From assembly GCA_034717975.1 (NCBI GenBank), contig JAYEMF010000055.1:1-17961 (forward strand): a DNA stretch of 17,961 nt, given 5' to 3'. Below the pieces are notes generated by a model. The model saw only the letters and a list, made by a program, of their open reading frames with translations. It was not told where the DNA came from and made no database searches. The translations under genes and the position numbers were made by a program. Source of the stretch: Campylobacterota bacterium. GTDB lineage: Bacteria > Campylobacterota > Campylobacteria > Campylobacterales > Sulfurimonadaceae. This document shows, in pieces, positions 1 through 8,863 of this stretch (its first letter is position 1; each line of letters begins with the position of its first letter).

Positions 1-123
1 AGAAAAAATGAGCTGCTAGTTCTGATCATGGATCAGATTTTACAGGAAGAGTGTTTCATTAATGTTAAACGGAAGGTAATTTTAAATGCTAAATTTTTAA
101 TTTTTAATTTGAAGGGTTTTTAA
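1..123 (+). CDS. possible 3' end of a convergent gene entering from the left edge (RKNELLVLIMDQILQEECFINVKRKV...GF*)
   Basis: Frame 1 is open from base 1 to TAA at 121-123 and looks protein-like. Only 40 codons are visible, and the tail runs through the heptamer array. Confidence 0.3.
   Translation, partial: RKNELLVLIMDQILQEECFINVKRKVILNAKFLIFNLKGF
77..109. repeat. left arm of a 33-bp inverted repeat made of tandem 7-mers (AATTTTA AATGCTA AATTTTT AATTTTT)
   Basis: taattttaaatgctaaatttttaatttttaatt matches the reverse complement of 534-566 at 31/33 positions. Confidence 0.92.
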
Positions 124-459
124 AATAGACGTTAAAAGCTTAATCAGCTCAATACTTTCATTTTGTAAAGCATGTACCTTTTTATTATTTGAAGGTAAAT
201 AGCCGGTCGTCATCAATAAATCAATCCAATACTTTGTTTCTCTGGCTTCTTTTGAAGCTATTGCAAGCTTGGCAATAAAATCTTTTCGACTCTGTGCAGC
301 CTGAGCTTCATTTGCATTTGCTCCAATGGACGTACCTGATCGAAGAAGTTGTTTTGAAAGAATATACTCTTTTTTGTTATCTTGTAAGTATTTACATACA
401 TTCACTATACGAATAGCAAATTCAAATGATTTATTTAAAAGTTGATTATCAGTTTTCAT
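97..459 (-). CDS. four helix bundle protein (23S rRNA intervening-sequence protein / Avd-like family)
   Basis: Family motifs LSKQLLRSGTSIGANANEA, SRKDFIAKLAIASKEARETKYW. ATG at 459 is preferred over 507 because GAGGTG precedes it, giving 120 aa. The stop codon lies inside the left repeat arm. Confidence 0.92.
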   Translation of the reverse strand: MKTDNQLLNKSFEFAIRIVNVCKYLQDNKKEYILSKQLLRSGTSIGANANEAQAAQSRKDFIAKLAIASKEARETKYWIDLLMTTGYLPSNNKKVHALQNESIELIKLLTSILKTLQIKN

Positions 460-533
460 AATCACCTCACATTTTACATCTAAGGCAATTTTACTGACAA
501 AATCCACTTACTCAACAAATTATTTCACTCAGC

Positions 534-566
534 AATTAAAAATTTAAAATTTAGCATTAAAAATTA
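534..566. repeat. right arm of the 33-bp heptamer inverted repeat
   Basis: aattaaaaatttaaaatttagcattaaaaatta, the inverted copy of 77-109. Confidence 0.92.
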
Positions 567-592
567 TCAAAAGAGCTAAATAGCTCTTTTGA
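567..592. other. perfect 12-bp inverted repeat overlapping the amt stop codon
   Basis: tcaaaagagcta-aa-tagctcttttga. The TAG stop of 576..1745 lies in one arm. Confidence 0.8.
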
Positions 593-1745
593 ATTCCGGA
601 TAGGCTTCAACCCCGCACTCGTTAACGTCAAGTCCCTCGACCTGTACGTCATCTTCGGCGCGGAAACGGATGAGCTTGTTAATGCTGAACAGTACAACCA
701 ATGAGGCCGGAAAGACAATACCGAAGACAACAAGCACACCTTTAAGCTGATCCATAAAGCTTATATCGGCGACGAAGATACCAACGGCCAGTGTTCCCCA
801 GACACCATTGACCAGGTGAACGGAAAGGGCACCGACCGGGTCATCGAGTTTGAACTTATCGAACATCGGAACCGCAAAGACAACCAGCGTACCGCCGATC
901 GCACCGATCAGGATCGGCGTATACATATCATAGAGATCCGGGCCGGCAGTGATCGCGACAAGTCCGCCAAGGGCACCATTGAGGATCATCGTGATATCAA
1001 ACAGTTTATAGCGTATATACATCAAGAGACCGGCGATGATCGCTCCGGCAAGTCCGGCTGTGTTGGTATTCATAATAGTCAAGGCTACGGCATCGGCATT
1101 CTCTTTTGAAGCGATCGAACCGACCGACCCTCCGTTGAAACCGAACCAGCCGATCCAGAGCAAAAAAGCGCCCAAAACAACAAGTGGGATGTTGGATGCC
1201 GGGATAACACGGATCTTATTACCCAGATAACGTCCCTTACGCGGTCCCATGATCAAGATCGCTGCCAGAAGTGCCCAACCACCTGTAGAGTGGATAACTG
1301 TTGAACCGGCAAGGTCATACATATTGATATCGAGCATCGTACCATCGAACATATCCGCACCCCATGAAATGTTAACGATGGTCGGGTAGATCAGCGCACC
1401 CATAACAACAGCGAAAACTGCCAACGGTACCATACGTACACGCTCACTCACCCCGCCACTCATAATATTGATAGTCTTCCCGACGAAAGCCATCTGAAAC
1501 ATAAAGGCCGCCCATATACTCATTGAGCTGTTCTCCCATGAACCAAATGCCAGTGTATAACCAACCAGCAAAAAGGCCATGGAGGCAACGGCATAGATCA
1601 TTGTGTTTACTGTCAATACGGCAGTGACATTTTTAGTTCGCACAAGTCCCGCTTCGAGCATGGCAAAGCCCGGTACCATAAAGATGATCAGTGTCATCGT
1701 AAAAAGTGTAAAGAACGTGTCTATAATGTAGGAAAAGTCTGCCAA
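576..1745 (-). CDS. amt: ammonium transporter (second, divergent Amt paralog)
   Basis: Motifs PGFAMLEAGLVRTKN, DLAGSTVIH, GWFGFNGGS, DDPVGALSVH, EGLD..E.G..AYPEF. TTG start with GGAG Shine-Dalgarno. Confidence 0.93.
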   Translation of the reverse strand: MADFSYIIDTFFTLFTMTLIIFMVPGFAMLEAGLVRTKNVTAVLTVNTMIYAVASMAFLLVGYTLAFGSWENSSMSIWAAFMFQMAFVGKTINIMSGGVSERVRMVPLAVFAVVMGALIYPTIVNISWGADMFDGTMLDINMYDLAGSTVIHSTGGWALLAAILIMGPRKGRYLGNKIRVIPASNIPLVVLGAFLLWIGWFGFNGGSVGSIASKENADAVALTIMNTNTAGLAGAIIAGLLMYIRYKLFDITMILNGALGGLVAITAGPDLYDMYTPILIGAIGGTLVVFAVPMFDKFKLDDPVGALSVHLVNGVWGTLAVGIFVADISFMDQLKGVLVVFGIVFPASLVVLFSINKLIRFRAEDDVQVEGLDVNECGVEAYPEFKRAI

Positions 1746-1761
1746 GCAATACTCCGTATTA

Positions 1762-1924
1762 AATTCTAAATTTTTAATTTTAAATGCTTAATTACAAAAA
1801 AAGTCAAGCATTAATAAAAGTTCAAGTATTGTAGCGAAAGAGAATTAGGAAAGATTAGAGAAAATGATTATTTTTTAATCAATCAATAAAAAGCAAAAGA
1901 ATTTAAAATCAACAATTAAACATT
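1762..1924. repeat. gene-less heptamer inverted-array element (arms 1762-1793 and 1897-1924)
   Basis: Left arm AATTCTA AATTTTT AATTTTA AATGCTT AATT. Reverse complement of the right arm AATGTTT AATTGTT GATTTTA AATTCTT (22/28 identity). Same unit type as the arms at 77-109 and 534-566. Confidence 0.7.
1865..1885. promoter_or_regulatory. putative transcription-factor box upstream of amt (copy 1)
   Basis: TGATTATTTTTTAATCAATCA, identical to 3845-3865, containing the palindrome TGATTA-N5-TAATCA. Confidence 0.75.
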
Positions 1925-1925
1925 G

Positions 1926-1948
1926 ACTTTTCCCTAATGGGGAAAAGT
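1926..1948 (-). terminator. hairpin directly after the PII stop codon (terminator or mRNA-stability element)
   Basis: acttttccc-taatg-gggaaaagt, a 9-bp perfect stem. No clear U-tract, so the terminator role is uncertain. Confidence 0.5.
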
Positions 1949-2314
<366 letters not shown>

Positions 2315-2316
2315 TC

Positions 2317-2347
2317 ATAAAGTGAGCGTATTATACTCTCACTTTAT
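2317..2347 (-). repeat. intergenic hairpin with GAGAGTA-loop-TACGCTC core (copy 1)
   Basis: Minus strand reads ATAAAGT GAGAGTA TAA TACGCTC ACTTTAT. Confidence 0.7.
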
Positions 2348-2359
2348 TTAATACTGATT

Positions 2360-3661
2360 TTATAGGTTAAATCCACGTTCACCGTGAACCGACTCATCCA
2401 GACCCATCGACTCTGTCTCTTCATCAACACGTCCGCCGCCTGTAAGTGCCGAAGCGATGTAGTAAACCACTACCGTACCGATCAATGTAAAGATACCTAC
2501 AACAATGACTGACTCAAACTGAACTATGATCTGTCCCATTCTGTCTCCGCTCTCTTTCAATGGACCGTCCCATAGAAGATCTTGATCATTAAGGGCAAAG
2601 ATACCTGTCGCGATCGCACCCCAGAGACCGGCAAGGAAGTGGATACCGAATGCATCAAGGCTATCGTCGTAACCCAGCTTTTTCTTAAGCATAGTAACAC
2701 CGTAAAATGCGATGAGCGCACCGATGATACCGATCAGGAAAGCACCTGTCACATCTACAAAACCTGCCGCCGGTGTAATTGCAACCAGACCGGCGATCGC
2801 ACCTGAAGCCGCACCAAGGAGTGTCGGTTTTTTGTAGACCATAGTCTCGACCGCCATCCATGTCAATGTTGCAACAGCTGCAGCGATGGTAGTCGTCAGG
2901 TAAGCAAGACCGGCAATCTCGTTTGCACCAAACGCTGAACCACCGTTAAATCCGTACCAGCCGAACCATAATAGAACCGCACCAAGGGCCGTAAGAATAA
3001 TGCTGGCCGGTTTCATAGCCGTTTTAGGGTAACCAGCACGTTTACCAACCAAGATTGCAAGAACAAGACCTGCCAGACCACCATTCATGTGTACAACCGT
3101 ACCACCTGCAAAGTCAAGAGCACCTTCGTCAAACAAGAATGCACCATCACCGCCCCAAACCATATGCGTGATCGGTGCATAGACGACAAGTGTCCAGACT
3201 GCAACAAAGACGATCCATGTAGAGAACTTGATGCGCTCAATGACAGAACCGCTGGCGATCGCTACTGTAATAGCCGCGAATGTACCTTGAAATACGATAA
3301 ACACATAAGTAGGATACGAACCGCTAAGATCATTCCAGTTGATACCGCTAAGCATAACATGGGAGAAACCACCAATGACTTTTTGCATTGCTGCACTCTC
3401 TGCCGTACCAAATGCGATTGAGTAGCCTGCGATGATCCAGACAATAAAGGCTGTAACAAACGCACCCATAACCATCGCATAGGTATTGAGAATGTTTTTA
3501 CTGCGCGTCATGCCACCATAGAAAAGTGCCAGACCTGCGGGTGTCATCAACAGTACGAATGCCGTTGAAACCATCATCCATGCAGTATCACCTGCACTCA
3601 ATGTATCTTCAGCCAGTGCCAGTGTCGGCAAAAGCAAAAAGGCTAGAAACCATTTTTTCAT
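2360..3661 (-). CDS. amtB: ammonium transporter AmtB
   Basis: Signal peptide (MKKWFLAFLLLPTLALA), GDTAWMM, DFAGGTVVH, GWYGFNGGS, YDDSLDAFGIH, GLD...HGE. AGGAG Shine-Dalgarno. Confidence 0.97.
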   Translation of the reverse strand: MKKWFLAFLLLPTLALAEDTLSAGDTAWMMVSTAFVLLMTPAGLALFYGGMTRSKNILNTYAMVMGAFVTAFIVWIIAGYSIAFGTAESAAMQKVIGGFSHVMLSGINWNDLSGSYPTYVFIVFQGTFAAITVAIASGSVIERIKFSTWIVFVAVWTLVVYAPITHMVWGGDGAFLFDEGALDFAGGTVVHMNGGLAGLVLAILVGKRAGYPKTAMKPASIILTALGAVLLWFGWYGFNGGSAFGANEIAGLAYLTTTIAAAVATLTWMAVETMVYKKPTLLGAASGAIAGLVAITPAAGFVDVTGAFLIGIIGALIAFYGVTMLKKKLGYDDSLDAFGIHFLAGLWGAIATGIFALNDQDLLWDGPLKESGDRMGQIIVQFESVIVVGIFTLIGTVVVYYIASALTGGGRVDEETESMGLDESVHGERGFNL

Positions 3662-3683
3662 TTATATACTCCTATAAAATCTC

Positions 3684-3712
3684 ATATTATTTGAACAAAG
3701 TCCAAATAATAT
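3684..3712 (-). other. hairpin in the amtB upstream/leader region
   Basis: Minus strand ATATTATTTGGAC-TTT-GTTCAAATAATAT, a 13-bp stem with one G-U pair. Confidence 0.55.
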
Positions 3713-3844
3713 TCAGTCACTAAAGCTATGCCTATCGGCAAGAAAAAAGTCATATTTGATTTTAACTTTTCCATCCAAAAAGATATTTCGGATACTTGAT
3801 AACCAAAGTATAGAATGATTTTTGATTGTTTATAATCATTTTAC

Positions 3845-3865
3845 TGATTATTTTTTAATCAATCA
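3845..3865. promoter_or_regulatory. putative transcription-factor box upstream of amtB (copy 2)
   Basis: Identical 21-mer to 1865-1885. A related site TGATTGTTTATAATCA lies at 3823-3838. Confidence 0.75.
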
Positions 3866-4047
3866 GCATTTTATTTTGCAATCACTCTATTATCTTTCAT
3901 AATATATGATGAGAATAAATTCATCTTTTCTTTTACTATCTCACTCACTTCTATTTGCAGTACATTAAATAAGAGCATAAAAAAACGACTATTAAGTGTT
4001 ATTAAGCTATTATCGATTCCATTATCTTAAATTAGGGCGTTATACAC

Positions 4048-6519
4048 ATGAACGATCTTTTAGACAACAGCGAAGTTCAAAATATCAATATCGAAGACTC
4101 ACTCAAAGGGAGTTACCTTGACTACTCCATGAGTGTTATCGTCGGACGTGCACTGCCGGATGTACGTGACGGTCTCAAACCGGTTCACCGCCGTATCCTC
4201 TACGCGATGGACAAACTCAATCTCTCAGCCGGTGCAAAATATAAAAAATCAGCCCGTATCGTCGGTGACGTTATCGGTCAGTATCACCCGCACGGAGACA
4301 CAGCGGTTTATGACGCACTGGTTCGTATGGCCCAGCCATTCTCGATGCGTATGATGCTCGTCGACGGCCAGGGTAACTTCGGTTCCATCGATGGCGACAA
4401 CGCGGCTGCCATGCGTTATACCGAAGCCCGCATGACAAAGTATGCCGGCGAACTGCTAAAAGACCTCGACAAAGCTACGGTCGATATGGTCGACAACTAC
4501 GACGGAACGACTCAGGAACCCGAAGTTCTTCCTACGCGTGTTCCCAACCTTCTTATCAATGGTTCATCCGGTATCGCTGTCGGTATGGCCACCAATATCC
4601 CGCCGCACAATCCGCGCGAAGTGATGCTCGCACTTAACCACTTTATGGATAATCCGGATGCGACTCTGATCGACCTGATGGAGTTTATCAAAGCACCGGA
4701 TTTCCCAACCGGAGGTACTATCTACGGTAAAAAAGGGATCATAGATGCGTATGAGACAGGCCGTGGCCGCATCAAAGTACGTGCCAAAACACACATTGAG
4801 AAAAAGGGGAACAAAGATGTGATCGTCATCGATGAGCTCCCTTATATGGTTAACAAATCCCGTCTGATCGAAAGTATCGCCAACCTGGTCAAAGACAAGC
4901 AGGTCGAAGGGATCTCAGAGATTCGTGATGAGTCAGACCGTGAAGGTATCCGCGTCGTTGTTGAGCTCAAGCGTGATGCGATGTTTGAGATCGTGCTGAA
5001 CAACCTCTACAAATCAACCAACATGCAGACGACCTTCGGGATCATCATGCTCTCTATCTATAATCAGGAGCCACGTGTCTTCACATTGATCGAGATGCTT
5101 AACCATTTCGTCAATCACCGTAAGACTGTCATCATCCGGCGTACGATCTTTGATCTGGAAAAAGCCAAAGCCAAAGCCCATATCCTGGAAGGTCTAAAAA
5201 AAGCACTTGACCACATCGATGCCATCATCAAACTTATCCGTGCCAGTCAAGATACCGAGTCCGCTAAAAATGGCTTGATCAGCGAGTTTGATTTCTCGGC
5301 CATTCAGGCGCAGGCCATCCTCGATATGCGTCTGCAGAAACTGACCGGACTTGAACGTGAAAAGATCGAAAACGAACTTCGTGAACTCCTTGAGCTCATC
5401 GAATACCTCGAATCGATCCTCAAAAGTGAAGAGGTTCTCAAAGGGATTATCAAAGAGGAGTTTGCAGAAGTTCTTGAGACCTATACCGACGAGCGCCGCA
5501 CAGAGATCGAAGACAACTACGACGATATCGACATCGAAGATCTGATCCCTAATGAGCCGATGGTCGTCACCATCACTCACCGCGGTTACATCAAGCGTGT
5601 ACCGCTTGCTTCCTATGAGAAGCAGCGTCGCGGCGGTAAGGGCAAAACAGCCGTTACCACCTATGAAGATGACTTCATCGAACGGTTCTATACCTGCAAC
5701 ACCCATGACACCCTCATGTTCGTTACCGACCGCGGTCAGCTTCACTGGCTCAAGGTCTACCGTATTCCGGAAGGCTCCCGTACGGCCAAAGGTAAAGCGG
5801 TCGTCAACCTTATCAATCTCCAGGCCGATGAGAAGATCCAGTCGATCATCCCGACAACCGACTTCAGTGAAGAGAAATCACTCGCATTCTTCACCAAATA
5901 CGGTATTGTCAAGCGTACCAATCTCAGCGACTTCTCCAACATCCGAAGCAATGGTGTCCGCGCTATCGTTCTGGATGATAATGATTCACTTATCACCGCC
6001 CATATTACCAACCAGGAGACCAAGTACCTCTTTATTGTCACCAAATTTGCACAATGTATCAAATTTGACATCAATAAAACCCGTGAACAGGGACGTACCA
6101 CCCGCGGTGTCCGTGGTATCAAATTCAAAAAAGATGGCGACTGTGTCGTCGATGCCAATGTCATTAAAAATGATGAGCAGGAGATCCTTACCGTCTGTGA
6201 AAAAGGTATCGGTAAACGTACCACTGCCGAAGAGTATCGCCTGACAAACCGTGCCGGTTCCGGTGTCATCGCCATCAAACTCAATGCTAAAACCGGTACA
6301 ACCGTTGTCGGCTGTGTCATGGTCGATGAGTCGATGGATCTGATGGCCCTGACCAAAGCGGGTAAAATGATCCGTGTCGACATGCAGAGCATCTCCAAAT
6401 CATCACGTAACACCAGCGGTGTCTATATTGTCAAAGGTGATGACGTAGCCGGCATCTCACGCTGTCCAAAAACAGAACAAGATGAAAATGAAAGTGATGA
6501 AGAGCTGGAACTGGAATAG
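4048..6519 (+). CDS. gyrA: DNA gyrase subunit A
   Basis: [22 protein letters not shown], catalytic AAAMRYTE, GyrA box QRRGGKG, acidic C-terminal tail. Confidence 0.99.
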   Translation: MNDLLDNSEVQNINIEDSLKGSYLDYSMSVIVGRALPDVRDGLKPVHRRILYAMDKLNLSAGAKYKKSARIVGDVIGQYHPHGDTAVYDALVRMAQPFSMRMMLVDGQGNFGSIDGDNAAAMRYTEARMTKYAGELLKDLDKATVDMVDNYDGTTQEPEVLPTRVPNLLINGSSGIAVGMATNIPPHNPREVMLALNHFMDNPDATLIDLMEFIKAPDFPTGGTIYGKKGIIDAYETGRGRIKVRAKTHIEKKGNKDVIVIDELPYMVNKSRLIESIANLVKDKQVEGISEIRDESDREGIRVVVELKRDAMFEIVLNNLYKSTNMQTTFGIIMLSIYNQEPRVFTLIEMLNHFVNHRKTVIIRRTIFDLEKAKAKAHILEGLKKALDHIDAIIKLIRASQDTESAKNGLISEFDFSAIQAQAILDMRLQKLTGLEREKIENELRELLELIEYLESILKSEEVLKGIIKEEFAEVLETYTDERRTEIEDNYDDIDIEDLIPNEPMVVTITHRGYIKRVPLASYEKQRRGGKGKTAVTTYEDDFIERFYTCNTHDTLMFVTDRGQLHWLKVYRIPEGSRTAKGKAVVNLINLQADEKIQSIIPTTDFSEEKSLAFFTKYGIVKRTNLSDFSNIRSNGVRAIVLDDNDSLITAHITNQETKYLFIVTKFAQCIKFDINKTREQGRTTRGVRGIKFKKDGDCVVDANVIKNDEQEILTVCEKGIGKRTTAEEYRLTNRAGSGVIAIKLNAKTGTTVVGCVMVDESMDLMALTKAGKMIRVDMQSISKSSRNTSGVYIVKGDDVAGISRCPKTEQDENESDEELELE

Positions 6520-6527
6520 TTCTTGCT
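6512..6527 (+). promoter_or_regulatory. sigma54 (-24/-12) promoter for flgP
   Basis: TGGAATAGTTCTTGCT = GG(6513-14)-N10-GC(6525-26), resembling the Campylobacter-type TGGAA..TTGC consensus, 37 nt before the ATG at 6564. Confidence 0.7.
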
Positions 6528-6563
6528 TAAACTCTTGCAATATATTACTGCGAGGAATAACTC

Positions 6564-7064
6564 ATGAAATACTCCCTGCTTCTGGTAGCCCTGCTCGCCA
6601 GCACATCCCTTATGGCTGAGGAAACTCAGTTAATAGAGGGAGAACAAGCTACTGTCACTGCACCTGCACCCATAACCGTCATCTGCAACGATGCACAACA
6701 GGAGAAGTGCGAAAAAGAGAATGTCGAAGCTGAAGAGAAAGTCCTGACTCACAACAGTGATGTTCGCATCTCTGTTGTCGGACAGGGTGTTGCGCCGATG
6801 ACCACTTCATCACCTGCTCAAGCCTATGCCCTGGCCAAACGTGCTGCCATCGCCGACGCCTACCGTCTGATCGCCGAAAAAGTGAAAGGTGTTCGTGTTG
6901 AAGGTCAAGATATCATTAAAAACATGATGGTCAAACGTTCAACGGTCCGTACCTCTGTCGATGCCATGGTTCGTCAAGCGAACATAGTTGAAACGACGTT
7001 CAAAGAAGGTCTGTGCGAAATCGAAATGGAAATCGTGCTTTCACACTCGCAGTTTGCGCGTTAA
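6564..7064 (+). CDS. flgP: LPP20-domain exported protein, FlgP homolog
   Basis: SVVGQGVAP..SPAQAYALAKRAAIADAYRLIAEKVKGVRVEG motif. Position between gyrA and flgR as in C. jejuni. N-terminal signal peptide. Confidence 0.8.
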   Translation: MKYSLLLVALLASTSLMAEETQLIEGEQATVTAPAPITVICNDAQQEKCEKENVEAEEKVLTHNSDVRISVVGQGVAPMTTSSPAQAYALAKRAAIADAYRLIAEKVKGVRVEGQDIIKNMMVKRSTVRTSVDAMVRQANIVETTFKEGLCEIEMEIVLSHSQFAR

Positions 7065-7417
7065 GCACCTTTAACATCCTCTATGCTGATGAGTATATCA
7101 TCAGCTACCGCTCTGTCGTCAGTGACGCCACCCTGACTCATGAGACCCTGACTGTCAGCCGTGCCATGCAAAAATGCAGCGGCACACCTCGCCACTCTAT
7201 CTTACTTGACACCCAGGACTCTGCCAATCTTCATCAGATTCTTCTCAGAGGTTTTGATGATTTTTTTGCATTAATGCAAAAAGAGAAACTTCACATCCGC
7301 CATAGTGAAAAAACCATCAATGGCGTGAACAGCGCACAGACGGTCGTCACCCTGCCACCACACTGTTTTACAGTCGATTTTAATCAAGGTTTAGTTAAAA
7401 TATCCGCCTTAAATTGA
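7013..7417 (+). CDS. small exported protein, probable FlgQ homolog
   Basis: GTG start overlapping flgP, signal-like N-terminus (…NILYA/DEYIISY), two Cys in the mature part. The assignment rests mainly on synteny (flgP-flgQ-flgR). Confidence 0.65.
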   Translation: MRNRNGNRAFTLAVCALSTFNILYADEYIISYRSVVSDATLTHETLTVSRAMQKCSGTPRHSILLDTQDSANLHQILLRGFDDFFALMQKEKLHIRHSEKTINGVNSAQTVVTLPPHCFTVDFNQGLVKISALN

Positions 7418-7432
7418 GTGGCTAAAAGCCGC

Positions 7433-7531
7433 AGGGAAGAGGAAAGTGGGAAGTGGGAAGAGGTAAACGTAACATAATTATTAAAAACACCTCTATTAAT
7501 CCTCTTTCCCCTTCCCTCTTTCCCCTTTCCT
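7433..7531. repeat. gene-less heptamer inverted-array element, purine/pyrimidine type
   Basis: AGGGAAG AGGAAAG TGGGAAG TGGGAAG AGG (7433-7463) versus CCT CTTTCCC CTTCCCT CTTTCCC CTTTCCT (7501-7531). Confidence 0.88.
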
Positions 7532-7557
7532 TTTCACAAAAGGTATTTTTGTGAAAA
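7531..7557 (+). promoter_or_regulatory. perfect 11-bp hairpin covering the flgR SD and GTG start
   Basis: ttttcacaaaa-ggtat-ttttgtgaaaa. Confidence 0.7.
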
Positions 7558-8843
7558 TCGCAATAGTCGAAGACGATATCAATATGCGCAAATCTCTGGA
7601 GATCGCTATGGGCGATTATCCGGAGTTTGAGATCGTCAGTTTTAAGAATGCCAAAGATGCCCTTAAAAAACTCGATGAGAGCTTCGAACTTATCATCACG
7701 GACATCAATATGCCCGGAATGGACGGGATTGAGTTCGTTACAACACTCGATGGCAAATATGAAGTGATCATTATGACCGGCAATGCGACGCTTAGCCGCG
7801 CCATCGAATCGATTCAGCTGGGTGTCAAAGACTTCCTTCTCAAGCCGTTTGAGATCGAAACCCTCATCACTGCCATCAAACGCTCTGATAAAGTTCAAAA
7901 AACCGTTAAGAAAAGCCGTCCAAAAACAAAAAGCAATCAAGGTGCTTTTCTGGCTCAATCACCGGCACTGAACAAATTGCTGAGTGTCACCGATAAAGCA
8001 GCCAAAACAGACGCTTCTATCTTGCTGCTTGGCGAAAGCGGCGTAGGCAAAGAGGTTTTTGCACGCTATATTCACGACAGCTCACCACGCTCAAAGAAGC
8101 CCTTTATCGCAATCAACATGGCTGCCCTGCCGGAGAACCTGATCGAGAGTGAACTCTTCGGATTTGAGAAAGGGGCATTTACCGATGCTATCGAAGCCAA
8201 AGCAGGTCAATTTGAAGCTGCCAACGGCGGTACCCTCTTCCTCGACGAGATCGGTGAGATGCCGTTTGGCGTACAGGCGAAACTGCTTCGTGCTATCCAG
8301 GAGCGTGAGATCAGACGCCTTGGATCATCCAAGTCGGTCAAGATCGATGTACGCATCATATCAGCTACCAATGCCAACCTGGATGAGAAGATAAAAACGA
8401 AAGATTTTCGTGAGGATCTTTACTATCGACTCAATACCATCCCGCTTCATATCCCGCCGCTGCGTGAACGTACCGAAGAGATCTTAGGTATTGCCGAAGC
8501 GATCTTAGAGCAGAACTGTGAACGCTATGGTTTTGAAAGTAAACATTTTGATGAGAGAGCCAAGGAGCAGTTACTAGCCTACAACTGGCCGGGGAATATC
8601 CGTGAGCTGATCTCTGTCGTCGAACGTGCAACCATTTTGAGTGACGGCGATACAATCACGCCTGACGCCCTCTTTCTGGAGAGTCGTGGTCTTAAACCCG
8701 AACGAACTATTGAAACGATGGAACGTGAACTTATCGCCGAGGTACTGCAAAACTGCAACACTCAGCTGGATGTTGCCGCCAAGACACTCGGGATGAGCCA
8801 AAGCGCTTTAAAAAAGAAGATGCAGACCTACGGTCTAGAATAG
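7551..8843 (+). CDS. flgR: sigma54-dependent response regulator (REC-AAA+-Fis HTH), FlgR ortholog
   Basis: Receiver (VEDD, ITDINMPGMDG, KPF), Walker A GESGVGKE, ESELFG, GAFTDA, FLDEIGE, FREDLYYRL, WPGNIREL, C-terminal AAKTLGMS HTH. Synteny with gyrA and asd. Confidence 0.9.
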   Translation: MKIAIVEDDINMRKSLEIAMGDYPEFEIVSFKNAKDALKKLDESFELIITDINMPGMDGIEFVTTLDGKYEVIIMTGNATLSRAIESIQLGVKDFLLKPFEIETLITAIKRSDKVQKTVKKSRPKTKSNQGAFLAQSPALNKLLSVTDKAAKTDASILLLGESGVGKEVFARYIHDSSPRSKKPFIAINMAALPENLIESELFGFEKGAFTDAIEAKAGQFEAANGGTLFLDEIGEMPFGVQAKLLRAIQEREIRRLGSSKSVKIDVRIISATNANLDEKIKTKDFREDLYYRLNTIPLHIPPLRERTEEILGIAEAILEQNCERYGFESKHFDERAKEQLLAYNWPGNIRELISVVERATILSDGDTITPDALFLESRGLKPERTIETMERELIAEVLQNCNTQLDVAAKTLGMSQSALKKKMQTYGLE

Positions 8844-8863
8844 AAAAAAAGGAAACACAATCT

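Noticed and set aside
97..459. Four-helix-bundle gene as part of a DGR or an rRNA intervening sequence
   Set aside because: No reverse transcriptase, TR/VR pair or rRNA sequence is present in the window.
460..507. Upstream ATG extension of the four-helix-bundle ORF
   Set aside because: ATG 459 has a GAGGTG SD and gives a family-typical length of 120 aa.
1865..1885. Box as an FNR/CRP-family site
   Set aside because: An FNR box is TTGAT-N4-ATCAA; the spacing here is different.
3716..3754. Possible sigma54 promoters for amtB (minus strand GG-N10-GT and GA-N10-GC)
   Set aside because: Each breaks one of the near-invariant dinucleotides.
4288..4320. GyrA QRDR with Thr (HPHGDT) as a quinolone-resistance change
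   Set aside because: Thr at this position is wild type in Campylobacter-type GyrA.
5194..6413. Long alternative ORFs within gyrA (5194-5745 -, 5552-6244 +, 5757-6413 -)
   Set aside because: They lie fully inside a highly conserved gene, have no recognisable motifs and are typical shadow frames caused by codon bias.
7422..7958. 178-aa antisense ORF over the flgR 5' end
   Set aside because: Antisense shadow of flgR. Its tail (ERGKREGERG, LPLPTSHFPL) is just the translated heptamer arrays.
8170..8190. GAFTDA instead of GAFTGA as an inactivating change
   Set aside because: GAFTDA is the normal loop in FlgR-type activators.
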